Shown here in pieces: positions 1 to 11,635 of a stretch of 64,000 nt of DNA. The DNA comes from an uncultured delta proteobacterium. Lineage in GTDB: Bacteria > Myxococcota_A > UBA9160 > SMWR01. Both the position numbers and the translations under genes were made by a program. The stretch is taken from positions 480,001 to 544,000 of the forward strand of contig CAWHTE010000004.1 in NCBI GenBank assembly GCA_963832165.1, given 5' to 3'. Within the stretch, counting starts at the first letter, position 1. The number at the start of each line of letters is the position of its first letter. The notes beneath the pieces are model-generated. The model saw nothing but the letters and a program-made list of their open reading frames with translations, did no database searches and was not told where the DNA came from.

Positions 1-351
1 GTCGAACGCGCGTCGCAGATCGTCGTAGGCGTTCGCCTTGAGTACGTATCCGGACGCCCCGGCGTCGAGAATCGCCTGGACGTAGCGGCGGTCGGAATGA
101 CTCGACAGCGCCACGACCTTGACGGCGGGACTCTCGCCGCAGATCTGGCGCGTGGCTTCGATTCCATTCATGTCGCGCATCGCGACGTCCATCACCACCA
201 CGTCGGGCCGGAGCTCTCGCGCGAGCCGGACGGCCTCCCGACCCGTGTCGGCCTCTCCGATCACCGAGAGTCCGGCGTCGGCGTCGAGGATCGAGCGCAG
301 GCCCTCGCGCAGCAGGCGGTGATCATCCACCAACAGAATTGTCGTCGTCAT
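1..351 (-). CDS. NarL/LuxR-family response regulator (3' end runs off the window)
   Basis: Not in the ORF track; manual translation from ATG at 351 gives MTTTILLVDDHRLLREGLRSIL...RPDVVVMDVAMRDMNGIEATRQI...GASGYVLK. The ATG overlaps the kinase stop (ATGA). Confidence 0.9.
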   Translation of the reverse strand, partial: MTTTILLVDDHRLLREGLRSILDADAGLSVIGEADTGREAVRLARELRPDVVVMDVAMRDMNGIEATRQICGESPAVKVVALSSHSDRRYVQAILDAGASGYVLKANAYDDLRRAFD

Positions 352-1949
352 CGCTTGTCTCCACTCCACGGTAGAGAGATCCGGCAGGTCGTACCCTGAC
401 CGCGCCGCGTCTCGATTTCCAGACTACCACCCAGGCTCTCGATCCGATTGCGCAGGCTGACCAGACCGAACCCGTGCATCGGCTCGCTCGGCTCGAATCC
501 CCGCCCCGCGTCGATCACGCGCAGCTCGATCGCGTCGTCGCCAGCCTCGAGCTCCACGCATGCCCGTGCCGCGCCGGCGTGCTTCGCTGCGTTGATGAGC
601 AGCTCGCGAAGACCGCGGTAGAGCGCGACGCGAGTCACCTCGTCGATCGCTTCGACCGCGCCGTGCGTTTCCAGCTCGACGTGCAGGCCATACTCTCTCT
701 CGATCTTCTCTGCGAGCTGCTCGGCCGCCGCGGCCCACCCCACGTCGAAGAGCAGCACCGGACTCAGCTCGAAGCTCAGCGAGGAGATCCGCTGTCGCGC
801 CTGGTTAGCGAGGCCGTGAATCTCTCCGAGCGCGCGGGCGTGGCCTCCCGCGAGCGCATCCTCGAGCGCACGCAGCTTGATCGCGAGCAGCGACATCAGC
901 TGGCCAACGTCATCGTGGAGATCGGCCGCGAGCATGCGGCGCTGCTCTTCCTCGGCCATCTCCGCGCGAGCGGCCGCGTCGCGCACGCGGAGCTCGGCGC
1001 GGCGCAGGCTCGAGCGATCGTCGACGAGCTCGTAGTAGCCGCGGACACTCCCGTCGTCCGACCGGTCCGGCGCAAAGACGATCGAAACCCAGCGCTTCCC
1101 TGCGACGGCGAACGAGGTCTCGCCCTCGAATCGGGTCGTCGTTCCTGCGAGCGCGGCTCGCACGTGGTCTCGTACCTGGGCGTAGACCGGCGTCCCGAGG
1201 ATCTCGTAGATCGGACGGCCCTGAATCTCGGTTGCGCCGAGGCCGTGCCAGCTCGCGAAGCTCGCATTGCAGAACTGGTAGCGCTCCGACGCGTCGACGT
1301 AGGAGACCGGGATCGGGAGCGCGTCGGCCATCAGCCGCCGTTGATGCTCGCTCTCGGCGCGATCGTATTCGGCGCGTCGCCGCGCGGAGAGGTCGAGCAG
1401 CGCGATCAGGAGATGGTCCTGCGGCTCCCCGGACAGCCGCGCGAGGCTCGCGTGGAGCTCGACGGGCGTCGACGGAATGCGCCCGGTTGCCCGCAGCTCG
1501 ATCTCGATCGGACCGGGCCGCTTGCCGTCGAGCAGCGCCCGGCGGTGCAGGAAGTAGGCGTCCTGGCTCGGCGCGGAGACGAACTCGCTCAGCTTGTGCG
1601 AATCGACCTCGGCGGGACTCCCGTCGAGCAGGGTGAGCGCGAACCGGTTGGCGCTGCGGATCCGACCGTCGAGGTCCAGCTGCAGATACGCAACGGGGGC
1701 GTTCTCGAACAGATCTCGGTAGCGCCGCTCCGACGCCGCGAGTGCCTCATGGGATTCCTCCAGCGTCATCTGGACGCGGCGCAGCTCCTCGTTCTGGAGC
1801 TCGAGCTCGATCTGGTGCACGCGGAGCTCGTGGAAGAGCTCGCGGAACGCACCCTTGCTGTGCGCCGGGAGCACGCCGGTGTCGCGCTCGGCGAGGCGGC
1901 GCTCGGCGAGCCGGCGCAGGGTCGCGATTTCCCGAGACGGTTCAGCCAT
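348..1949 (-). CDS. PAS-domain sensor histidine kinase (HisKA_3/NarX type)
   Basis: ELRVHQIELELQNEEL coiled coil, two PAS-like domains, H-box LAADLHDDVGQ, ELLINAAKHA, DAGRGF and GFGLVSLRNRI ATPase motifs. Confidence 0.9.
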   Translation of the reverse strand: MAEPSREIATLRRLAERRLAERDTGVLPAHSKGAFRELFHELRVHQIELELQNEELRRVQMTLEESHEALAASERRYRDLFENAPVAYLQLDLDGRIRSANRFALTLLDGSPAEVDSHKLSEFVSAPSQDAYFLHRRALLDGKRPGPIEIELRATGRIPSTPVELHASLARLSGEPQDHLLIALLDLSARRRAEYDRAESEHQRRLMADALPIPVSYVDASERYQFCNASFASWHGLGATEIQGRPIYEILGTPVYAQVRDHVRAALAGTTTRFEGETSFAVAGKRWVSIVFAPDRSDDGSVRGYYELVDDRSSLRRAELRVRDAAARAEMAEEEQRRMLAADLHDDVGQLMSLLAIKLRALEDALAGGHARALGEIHGLANQARQRISSLSFELSPVLLFDVGWAAAAEQLAEKIEREYGLHVELETHGAVEAIDEVTRVALYRGLRELLINAAKHAGAARACVELEAGDDAIELRVIDAGRGFEPSEPMHGFGLVSLRNRIESLGGSLEIETRRGQGTTCRISLPWSGDKR

Positions 1950-4913
1950 CGCGTGCGACCTCGCTCGGGTGTGCGTTCGTCGTGTCTTCGATCGCGAGCA
2001 GGATCAGCCCGCTCGGCCCCGAGCGCCGAGCGGTCGACGCGGCGGGCATTCATGAGCAGCCGGCGCCGCCCGATGCGCGGGAACTCGTGCTCGAGCTCGA
2101 AGTCGTCGAAGCTCCGGTTCTCCGGAACGATCCGCTCGAGCAGGTCGCGCAGCGCAGGGACGTCCCACGCGCGGTCGCCGAGCTCGAACACGGAGCGGCC
2201 CTCCGCGTCGCCGGGCTGCATCTGGAAGTGGCGGTAGAAGGCGCGGTTCGCGCGAACCACGCGCAGCGCCGAATCGAGCACGAGGAACGGGTCGCGAACC
2301 GTTGCCAGCAGATCCCTCTCGAGCTCGCCGGCCACCTGGGCCAGCTCGGCCTGCTTCGCGCGCGTCGTATCGACGAACACGATCGCGAGCCCCTCGATCG
2401 CGTTGCGCGCGGTGCGATAGGGAGTGATCCGCGTCGTGTACCAGAGGCCCTTCTCCGTTCTCACCTCCTTCTCCGACGGCGTCAGGGTATTGATGACGTT
2501 CTGAGCGGCCGTCGAGCAGGTCCGGGTATCCGAGCGGGGCCACCAGGTTTGCCAGCGGCCGTCCGATGTCCGTGGCGACGAGCGGGATCAGCCGCTGCAC
2601 CGCGGGTGTGAAGCGCCGGATGTGCAGCTGCTCGTCGAGGAACACGATCGCGATTCCCGTAGCGGCGAGCAGGTTCGTCAGGTCGTCCTGGGACTGCGCG
2701 AGGCCCTCGACCTTGGCGTGGAGATCGGCGTTGGTCGTCTGGAGCTCCTCGTTGAGCGACTGGGTCTCCTCCTTCGACGTCCGCAGCTCTTCGTTCGTGC
2801 TCTGCACCTCCTCGTTCGCGGAGGCGAGCTCCTCGTTGGTGGCCTGGAGCGCTTCGATCGTGCTCTGAAGATCGCCTCGCGTGGAGCGCAGCGTGTCTTC
2901 GAGCTCGACGATCCGATCGTCCGACGGGGGTTCGGGCTCCGACGACGGCTCGGGAGCCTCGGGCTCGCGCTCACCCAGCCGATCGAACGTGATCAGCAGA
3001 GCGGAATCCGGTAGCCCGGGCGCCGGCAGCCGCGTGACGCGCACCAGGACTTCGATGAATCCGCCGTTGCTCCGGACGCGCGCGTTGCGCTCCGCGACGC
3101 CCTGCTCTCCGCGGAGGACGGCACGCATGGCCGCGGAGAGCGGTCCGCGCAGTCCGCGGCGCGCCATGTCGAGCACGTTCAGGTTCGGGGCTCCGACCGG
3201 GGGCTCGAGGAAGTCTCCCGTGCGCCCGTGGATCTGCGAAATCTGTCCGCGCTCGTCGACGAGCACGGCGGGCGGCGCGTAGCGATCCGCGAGGTGGCGG
3301 CGGAGCAGGTCAGCCGGTGTGAAGCCACGCGGCGGCTCCGCACCGGGAATCGGCCTCGGCAGCGTCAGGTTCGGAACGCTCGTCCGAACCGGCCAGTTCG
3401 CCGGGGGGCGGCGCAACGCAGCGGATCCCGCGCACCGGAACAGCTTCCAGTGACGGTCGATGGAGGTGAACAGCTCGTCGAAGCCCGTGACGCTCTCGGA
3501 CGAACCGAGCAGCAGCAGGCCGCCCGGATTCAGGCTGTAGTGGAACAGCGGAAGGATCCGCTTCTGCGCCTCGGTCGTGAAATAGATCAGCACGTTCCGA
3601 CACGAGAGCAGATCCAGCTTCGTGAACGGCGGGTCGCGCAGGAGGTTCTGCACCGCGAACACGACCGTCTCCCGCACCTGGCGCTCGACCACGTAGGAGC
3701 GTTCCTCGCGGTGGAAGAAGCGCGCGAGCCGCGTCGGCGCCACCTCGGCGGCAATGCCTTCCGGGTAGCGCCCAGCCCGCGCCGTCTCGATCGCGAGCGG
3801 GTCGGTGTCGGTGGCGAAGATCTGGAGCTGCACGCGCGCCTGCGCGCGCTCGATCTCCTCGAGCAGCAGGATCGCGATCGAGTAGGCCTCCTGCCCGGTG
3901 GCACAGCCCGGAACCCAGACGCGGAGCACGCCATCGCTGCGGTTCGCGACCAGCTGCGGCAGTGCCTGCTCGAGCGCCTTGAACGCGTCCGGATCGCGGA
4001 AGAAGCCGCTCACGCCGATCAGCCAGTCGCGGGCGAGGCCGGCGAGCTCCTCGGGGCTCTCCTCCAGGAAGCGCGCGTATGCGGCCAGATCGCCGAGCTG
4101 GTGGAGCTGGAGCCGCCGCTCGATCCGCCGCTCGATCGTGCCGCGTTTGTACTCGGAGAAGTCCTGGTTCGTGTGCTCCGCCACCAGCGCGATGATCCGC
4201 TCCAGCGAACCCTCGGCGCGCAGCTTCTCCGCGGGTGCCTTCCCAGCGGTTATCGCGTGGCGCGTGTGCACGAGCAGGCGCGCGGCGATCTGCTCGAGCG
4301 GGAGCGCCAGGTCGACCGTGCCCGTGGCGATCGCGCTCGCCGGCATGCCGGGGAACTCCGCCGTCTTTGGATCCTGGGCCAGCGTGAGTCCGGCGAGGTC
4401 GCGAATCGCCGCGAGGCCGAGCGTGCCGTCCGCACCGGATCCCGACACCACGATTCCCACCGCGCGATGCTTCTGGTCCTGCGCGAGGCTCCGGAAGAAG
4501 AAGTCGATCGGCAGCGGCGTGTGCAGGCGTGCGATGCGCCCCTCGTGTCTCAGCACTCCGTCGTGCACGCCGAGGTACTGACCGGGCGGGGCGACGTAGA
4601 CCGTGCCGGCCTCGACCACCGAGCCGTCACTCGCCTGGGAGACGGTCATCGAGGTCGCCTTGGCGAGGATCTCCGCGAGCAGACTCGGCACGGTCGGATC
4701 CTGGTGACTCACGATCACCACGGCGAGGCGCGCGTCGGCGGGCAGGTGACGCAGGATCTCCTGGAACGCGGCGAGGGATCCGGCGGATCCCCCGATCCCG
4801 ACGATCGGGAAGCCGAAGTCAGCCGACGGCAAGGTCGGAACTGCAGGCTCCGACGCCGCGCTGGATCGGCGGCTCTCCGCTTCGCTGGGTGCCTTTGCGC
4901 GGGGGTTCGCCAT
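1942..4913 (-). CDS. CheB methylesterase/CheR methyltransferase fusion with C-terminal coiled coil and PAS domains (frameshifted near 2505 and 2010)
   Basis: CheB motifs IGGSAGS, PIDFFFRSLA, SGSGADGT; CheR motifs FFRDPDAF, RVWVPGCATGQEAYSIAI, DLLSCRNVLIYF; EELxSxNEEL coiled coil. The last PAS continues in ORF 1766..2464 and ends LILLAIEDTT...DG* at 1942. Confidence 0.88.
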
Positions 4914-4970
4914 TTCCCCCTCAGAGTAGGTCGGGATCTTCAGCGCGCTGCCTCCGAGCGGCGGCGGGGG

Positions 4971-5102
4971 TCAGCCGTCGATCAGCCAGCGCACCGCCCG
5001 CACCACGAGCCAGACGTACGCAACCGAATAGATCAGTGCGGATCCTGCGACAGCGAAGCGCTCGGCGTGGGCGCGCGGAGTGCGCTGCGCCCGGCCGGAC
5101 AT
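4971..5102 (-). CDS. possible small membrane protein (43 aa)
   Basis: MSGRAQRTPRAHAERFAVAGSALIYSVAYVWLVVRAVRWLIDG has one hydrophobic helix, with GGAGA upstream, just 5' of the CheB/CheR gene. Confidence 0.3.
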   Translation of the reverse strand: MSGRAQRTPRAHAERFAVAGSALIYSVAYVWLVVRAVRWLIDG

Positions 5103-5271
5103 TCCGGCGAACGGTCTCCAAGGGGGCTCTTCAACCACCCATCTTCGGGGAGGGTCTACCACGTACAAGCCGTAGCGATCTCGAGCGGTCGAGCCGCCTG
5201 GGGGGTGCATCGAATTACTCGGAATGTTGGGCGCGCACCGATCAGCTTCGTTCACGAGCGCGCACACGAGC

Positions 5272-5289
5272 ATCCCCGAATCCGGGGAT
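5272..5289. promoter_or_regulatory. palindrome ATCCCCG-N4-CGGGGAT in a divergent intergenic region; possible regulator binding site
   Basis: Perfect 7-bp inverted arms between the divergent cheBR and oxygenase genes. Confidence 0.3.
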
Positions 5290-5389
5290 TCGCAGCGCCG
5301 GAAGTAGGGTGGGGATGATTCGCGTGCCTAACGGTCTCTGTGGCCGTGCACGCGCAGTGAATTCCCCCGATCTCTGTTAGGGTGGAGGC

Positions 5390-6281
5390 ATGGTAACCCA
5401 AAGCCTCCGCTTCGAGCGCTGCGCCCCTCGTTCCGCCGGGCCCGGACTCGCTGTCCTGGCGTTACGCCGGTGAGATGCGCGCTGCGCTGCTGTTGCCGCG
5501 CGCGGCGCTGCTCGAGGCCATGCACCCCGTGGTCGGCGCGGGCCTGTCCGACTTCTCCACCTTCATGTCCGATCCGTGGGGCCGCGGGTTTCGCACGCGC
5601 GAGTCGATGATCACGTCGACCTATGGCGGGCCGGCCGCGGTCGCCGAGATGGCGCGCATCCGCAAGCTGCACCGCAAGTTCAAGGGGACCGACGAGCAGG
5701 ATCGGCGCTATTCCGCGCTCGATCCGGAGGCCTACACCTGGGTCTGGGCCACGGTCTACCAGGCGGTCGCCGATTCGCGGCTCCACTTCGCGCGGCCGCT
5801 CAGCGCCGAGAAACAGCGACGTCTCTACGCCGAATGGCGTCAGTCCGGCCGCATGCTCGGCATCCGCGAGCAGCACATGCCGCCGGATCTTCCGTCGCTC
5901 GAGGAGTTCTCCCAGAAGATCGTGCTCGAGCGTCTCGAGAAGACGCCGTACAGCCGCGATCTCGTGCGCTTCCTGCGCGGCGGGCCCACGATGCCGCCGC
6001 CGCCGGGCTGGTTCCTGCCCGAGCTCGCGTGGGGAGCCGGCCGGCTCGCGATCGGGGGATTCCTGTCGACGATCACGCTGGGCCTCTTGCCTCCCGAGGC
6101 GCGCGAGATCCTCGGCGTGCGATGGACGCGGCGCGATGCGCGCCGACTCGACCGGATCACGCGCCTCGTGCGCGTCACCGTGTCGCGGTTGCCCGCCGCG
6201 CAGCGCTATCACCCGCGCGCCTGGGCGGCGATCCAGGAAGGCCCGCGCGAAGGTTCGCGCGCGCGCGCCGACGCGGCCTGA
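5390..6281 (+). CDS. MpaB/DUF2236-family (rubber-oxygenase-like) heme oxygenase; 5' frameshift
   Basis: GPDSLSWRYAG, AMHPVVGAGLSDFS, RKLHRKFKG, RYSALDPEAYTWVWAT and ITLGLLPP motifs; GGAGG before the ATG at 5390. Confidence 0.85.
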
Positions 6282-6295
6282 TCGCTCTCAGCTTC

Positions 6296-8054
6296 TCAGC
6301 TCACACGCACCTCTCCCGAGCGATAGACCGCGAGCGGCGGGCCGCTCGCGCGCAACCCCAGCTCGAAGCGCAGCCCGTCCGGCGCGACCCCGGTGCAGCG
6401 CAGCACGCGCGCGTGTACGCCGCACAGGTGGTGCCAAGCGCACAGCGTGGTGAGATTGGAACAGTCGTCTGCACCTCCCGCGGAGCGGAACACCACGTGA
6501 TGCTGCTGGAGGTTGCGATACGACGTGCAGCCCGGCACCGTACAGCGCCAGCCGTCGCGCTCGAACACGGCATGGTCGCGCGGCGTGCGCGTCTCGGGTT
6601 TCCACGCCGCGAGCGCGTGGTCGAGCATCGCCTCGAGCGCGTTGCTCTGGTTGCACGGGCGGCCGCGGATGCGCTCGAGCCGGCGCTGCACCGTCGCGAG
6701 CACGGCGCGGAACAGCTGGGCCACCTCGAGCGCGGCGCGGAAGAAGAGGCGTTCGCTCTCTTTTTCGAGGCGTGTGATGGCACCCGTTTGGAGACCCGCG
6801 GGGTCGAGGCTCGCATCGCTCGCTCGGCTCCTGGGCGCGAGGGGAGGCGGCGCCCACTCGCCCCGCGTGAGCGCGCGCGCCACGTCGTCGCCGAGCCGCC
6901 GCACGGAGACGCGCTGCGCGTGCGCCACCCAGACTTCGCGATGGCGAGCCGCCGCAGGCTCGAGCACCAGTGGCACGAGCGCGTGAGCCTGCACCCAGGA
7001 GAGGCGCCCCTCGGCGAACGCCACGCGCAGCGGAGGGCACACCCGCGCCGCGCGCTCGATGCGCAAGAGCGCCCGTGCGCGGCTGGCCGCCATCCCGAGG
7101 CGCTCCTCGGCGTAGGCGTCGAGGCAGCGGAAGCCGAGATCACGATGCAATCCCCACACCACGACGTCGCAGAGCAGCGACGCGACGCGCGCGAGGCCGT
7201 GGGCTTCCAGTGTGCACCGCGCGGCGCAATCTCCGATCGAGCTCGAACGGGTCGCAATCGTCGAGACCCTGCTCGAGCGCAGCGACCTCGGGATCGGGAG
7301 GAAGCGGTGACGCCGGCGGACGCCGCGGCAGGGGGATCGGCGACGGCCCGCCGGTGTCGTCGATCTCATCGCGCGCCGCCTCGCGCGCGGAACCCGGCTT
7401 CGGCTCGAAAGCGCCATCGAGCGGCACCCCGAGAGCACCTCGGCCGCGAGCACCTCCGCGAACGCGCCGTGCGAGAGCACGTGGCCCGCGACTCGGCTCC
7501 CAACCTGGCGTGCCCTCCACCAGCGCGCCCGCGCGCGCGGGGTCAAGACGCAACACGACGCCCTCGCGCTCTTCGCCGTCGCTCTCGGACCCCATGGACA
7601 AGGGCTCTCGCGCGCGCCGATCCACCGCGCGCACCTCGCGCGCGAGTGCCCGCGCGGTGAGCCGGCCGCCCAGCGCCAGCCACTCTTCCTGGTCCTCGGC
7701 CGTCGCCACGCGGCACAGCAATCGAAGCTGGGTCCACCCGATATCGCCCGCGCGGAACGCCGCATCGAGCAAAGGCAGCTCGCCGAGCGCGACGTCAACC
7801 GCCGCCAGATCGCGAAACTCGCGCGCTGAGACCCCCGCTCGCTCGACCGCATAGTCCCCGGACCGCGCGAACCCGAGCCGCTCCCAGCCGCGCAGCGCCG
7901 CTATCCGCCCCGCGACGCGCGCGAGCGCGCGCCGCAGGGCTGCGGGGGCGCGCGCGAAGGCGACCAGCCGCGCCTCCAGATCGAGCGGCTCTCGCGCAAA
8001 CACGGTGCGCCGCAGCGCGGGCCGCGGCGCGACCATCGGAACCACTGCCGACAT
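6296..8054 (-). CDS. DUF222-like HNH endonuclease domain protein (frameshifted)
   Basis: C-terminal VFERDGWRCTVPGC...QQHHVVFRSAGG..DCSNLTTLCAWHH HNH motif; the N-terminal part lies in ORF 7140..8135. Confidence 0.8.
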
Positions 8055-8178
8055 CGGACCTCGCTTCGGGGCGAGGACCCCAAGATGGGCCGCGCATGTG
8101 ACGGATGCGGTCACACGCGTCGAGAAAACGGCCATTGAATCCGCGTCGATCGCGATGGAGCGGAGCGAGCTGATCGAT

Positions 8179-8534
8179 CGCTGCCCGCGTGCGGAGCCGC
8201 CCTGCGCCTGATCGCGGCAGTCGAAGACCCGGCGATTGCGCGGCGCATCCTCGAATGCATCGGGCTTCCCGCGCGCGCGCCGCCGATCGCCGCCGCAGCG
8301 TCGAGCGATACCTCACTTCGGTCATCGGAGCCCGACGAGAGCTGGGACTACGACCAGACGCCGTCCGCCGACGATCCGTGACCGGAGTGACGGAGTCGGG
8401 CCGCGGCGCCGCTCCCGATCTCACGATGATCGACCCAAGAGGGAGACGTGCGCGCCGAGCTACGCTTGGCCGCCATCGCGCGCGCTCCCGCGGCCCGCAG
8501 GCGATTCGCCGAAAGCGGCGCAGCTTGAAATCAC
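8179..8534 (+). mobile_element. IS91/ISCR-family rolling-circle transposase 3' remnant plus partial oriIS
   Basis: Manual translation (R)CPACGAALRLIAAVEDPAIARRILECIGLPARAPPIA...* (stop 8379-8381) resembles the IS91/ISCR TnpA C-terminus. GCTTGAAATCAC about 150 bp downstream resembles oriIS. Confidence 0.7.
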
Positions 8535-11500
8535 GGGTGTTGGTGTGTTTGTTGGTAGTGTTTTTGGTGTGGTTGTGTTGGTGTGATGAGATGGGTTGTT
8601 GGGAGGTGGTTTGTGGGTGAGTGTGTGTTGATTGATGATGTGTTGTGTTGTGTATGTTGTGTGTGTATTGTTTGTTGATTGGTGGAGGGATATGTTTGGT
8701 ATTTGTGTGAGTTGTTTGTGAGATAGTTAGTTATGTGTTTGTTGAGGTTTTAGTTGAGTGATAGAGTTGAGGTGAGTTGTGTGTGTAGGTGTTTAGTGTT
8801 GTGTTGTGTATTGTGAGATGATTGTTAGGATGTTGTGTATGTTGTATGTGTGTGTTTGAGTGATGTGAGTGTGATGTGATGGGTGATAGTGTTTGATGGT
8901 ATGATTGTGTGATGTGGTAGGGTGGTTGAGATTGAGTGTTGTGTGTGAGTCTTGTGATGAGCGCGAGAAGATAAGAAAGTAGGTGTAGATAGTCGGCGGG
9001 TAGGTTTGAGAGTGAGTTTGAAGGTGTGTGAGAGTGATGTTTGAGGGTTATGGTGTTGATTTAGTAGAGTTGTGTGATGTAGGGTTTGATTGTTGTGTTA
9101 AGTGTATATTAGTGTTGTGTGAGTGCGCGCGTGACAGAGTTAGGAGTTGTTTAGAGATTGGGTATATGTTATTGAGTATTGTTGTGTGATGTGAGAATGT
9201 TGATGTTATTGGGTGTGTTAATAAGATTGTGTTTGGTGTGTGTGTTGTGTTTTGTGAGTATTTGTGGGTATAAAGAGTGAGTTGTTTGTTTTGAGTGAGT
9301 GTTATTTGTGTGAGTTTTGATGTGTTGTAAGTTAGGTTGGTGATGAGAGAGTGTTGTTGGTGTGATGGGATAAGAGTGTGTTGTTGTTGATATGGTGTGA
9401 GAGTAAATGTTTATAAAGATTTGAGTTTGTGATAAGAGTATAGTTGTGATTGTATTGTTGAGAAGTTGTGAGTTTAGAAGAGGTAGAGTGTGTTTAGGTG
9501 ATGAGAGTGTTATGTATGTAGGTTAAAAGAGTGTAGGTGAATTGTTTATGTGTGGTAGTATGTATTGTAGTTTAGAGGTATTGAGTGTTTTATGTTGTTG
9601 TTAGGATGTGTGAGAGAGTGATGGTTGGACAAAGATAGGTATTATGTTTAGTAGTGTGTGTGACACGTTGAAGTATTTGAGTTAGTGTATTGAGAGTGTT
9701 GTTATGTATTAGTTTTGATATTTATGTTGAAGTTGATTATGTTAGTGTTGTTTTGTAAGTTTTGTATTGAATATTTTTAGTTGTTAAGAGTTTGTTTTGA
9801 GTGTTGTGTTGTGTTGAGTATAGTGAATTAGTTGATGAGTTTGAGTATGTTGTTTTTTTTTTTAATAGTTTGTTTGGTGTAGTAGTGTGTGTTAGTGTGA
9901 AGATTGAGAATTAGAGTGTTAGTAGTATAGATTGTTTATTTTATGTTGTTGTTAGGGTTGTAGGTTGTTTGTTGTGAGTTATAAGATGAGTAGTTTGTTG
10001 TTAATGAGTTGTTGTTGTTGTTTTTGTTGTGTATGAAAGAGATGAAGTTTAGGAAGATGAGTTTGTTTGTGGTATATTGATGAGAGTGATTAAAGTGTGG
10101 TAAAGTGATTGGTTGGGTGGTTTGTGAGTATTTGTTATGTATGTGTGTTTGAGTTTTTGTGAGTTTAGATGTAGTATGAGAAGATGTAAGTGTTAGTAAA
10201 GTTGTAGAGATGAGTTGAGAGTGTGTTTTGTGAGTTTGTGTTGTAGATGTTGTGAGTTGTTGAAGGTGGGAGTAAGAGTGTTAGTTTAGTGTGATAGTGA
10301 AGAGTTGAGAATGTATGTGAAAGAGATGAGAGTGGTGTATGATGTAATGGTATTAAGAGAGAGTGTTGATGAGTTGGGTTAGTATTGTTGATAGAGAATG
10401 GAGTAGTGTGATGGGTATAAAAGAAGGAGTGTTAAAAGAATGGAAAAGTGAGGTAAGAAGTGTGAGGGTAGGAAGAGTAGGAGTCGGGGCCCAGCGTTTT
10501 TTTTTTTTATATTTATTTATTGTGTTTTTTTTGAGTTTATTTTTTTTTGTGTTGTTTTGTTTGTTTTTTTTATTTTTTTGTTTGTATTTTTTTGTTATGT
10601 TTTTTGAGTTTTTTGTTTTGTTTTTTTGTATTTTGATGTTTGTTTTTGTTGTTTGTTATTTTGATGTTGTTTTTGTTTAGTGTTTGATGTTATTGAGTGA
10701 TGATTTGATGATGATTGTGAGTTTGTTTGGGTTTTTTTATTGTTGTTATTTATTTTTTTATTGTTTGTTGTGTTTATGTTTTTAGATGATGAGGTGTGTT
10801 TGTATAGATGAGTTTTTGATTGTGTTTGTTAGTTTGTTTGTTTTAGGTGTTTGTTTTGTGAGTGAGAGGAGTAGTGGTTTTTTGTGTTTTTTTGGTTGGT
10901 AGTTTTTGTGTTTTTTATTTATTTGTGTTTATAGTTGTATGTGGTGTTTTTAGTTGTGGTTGAGTTGATATTTTTGAGTGATGTGTGTTGGTTAGGTGTT
11001 TGTTTTATTTTTGTTTTTAGTGTGAATTTGAGTGTGTGAGTGTTATGTTTTTGTTCCGTGTGTATGATTGAGTGTGTTGAGTGTTGTTGTTTATTTTGTG
11101 TTAGTATGAGAGGTGTATGTGATGTGTTTGTTGTGTATTTGTGTATTATGTGTTGTATTTATGGATGTGATGTGTGTATGTGTTGTATTTTTTGTTGATG
11201 TTTTGAGTGTATTTTGTAGTGTGTTTGTTTTAGTTTTGAATGTTTGTTTGGTTTAGGGTATTTTTGAGAGTTATTGTGAAGTATATTATTGAGTGTTATT
11301 GATATTTGTTTGTTGTTTTGTTGTTGTTATTTGATTGTATGTTGGGTGTTTTTGTAGATGTGTTTATTGTTGTTGATTTATTTATGTGAGTTTGATTATG
11401 TATGTGTTTTTTGTGTTGAGTGTTGGGTATTTTTTTGTGTATGTGATTTTAGTTGGAGATGTATATGTTTAGGTTTGGGTATTATTTTTTTAATGATGTT

Positions 11501-11635
11501 GGGTTTTGTTTGTTGTTAGAGAGTGTGAGTTTTGTGTTAGTAGATTGTTGTTTTTTGTTGTTTCCGATGGAAACAGGTGTGATGTGGGTTGATTTCTGGG
11601 GTGTATTGGGTTTTTAGTAGGTGTTTGTTGTGTTG
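8535..11635. other. C-depleted G/T-rich low-complexity block; probable sequencing/basecalling artefact
   Basis: Abrupt switch from GC-rich DNA to almost no C for about 3.1 kb; poly-T near 10497; no credible ORF. Confidence 0.8.

Noticed and set aside
474..7660. Long Arg/Ala-rich alternative-frame ORFs (e.g. 474..2237, 3228..5318, 5576..7660, and similar ones across the window)
   Set aside because: They are shadow ORFs of real genes, expected in high-GC DNA with few stop codons.
8535..9000. Fold-back (inverted) copy of the adjacent sequence
   Set aside because: By eye, the C-to-T-converted reverse complement of the preceding DNA did not match convincingly. A three-letter alignment is needed to be sure.
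10363..10680. 105-aa Phe-rich membrane ORF
   Set aside because: It lies in the C-free anomalous block, and its hydrophobicity comes from poly-T composition.
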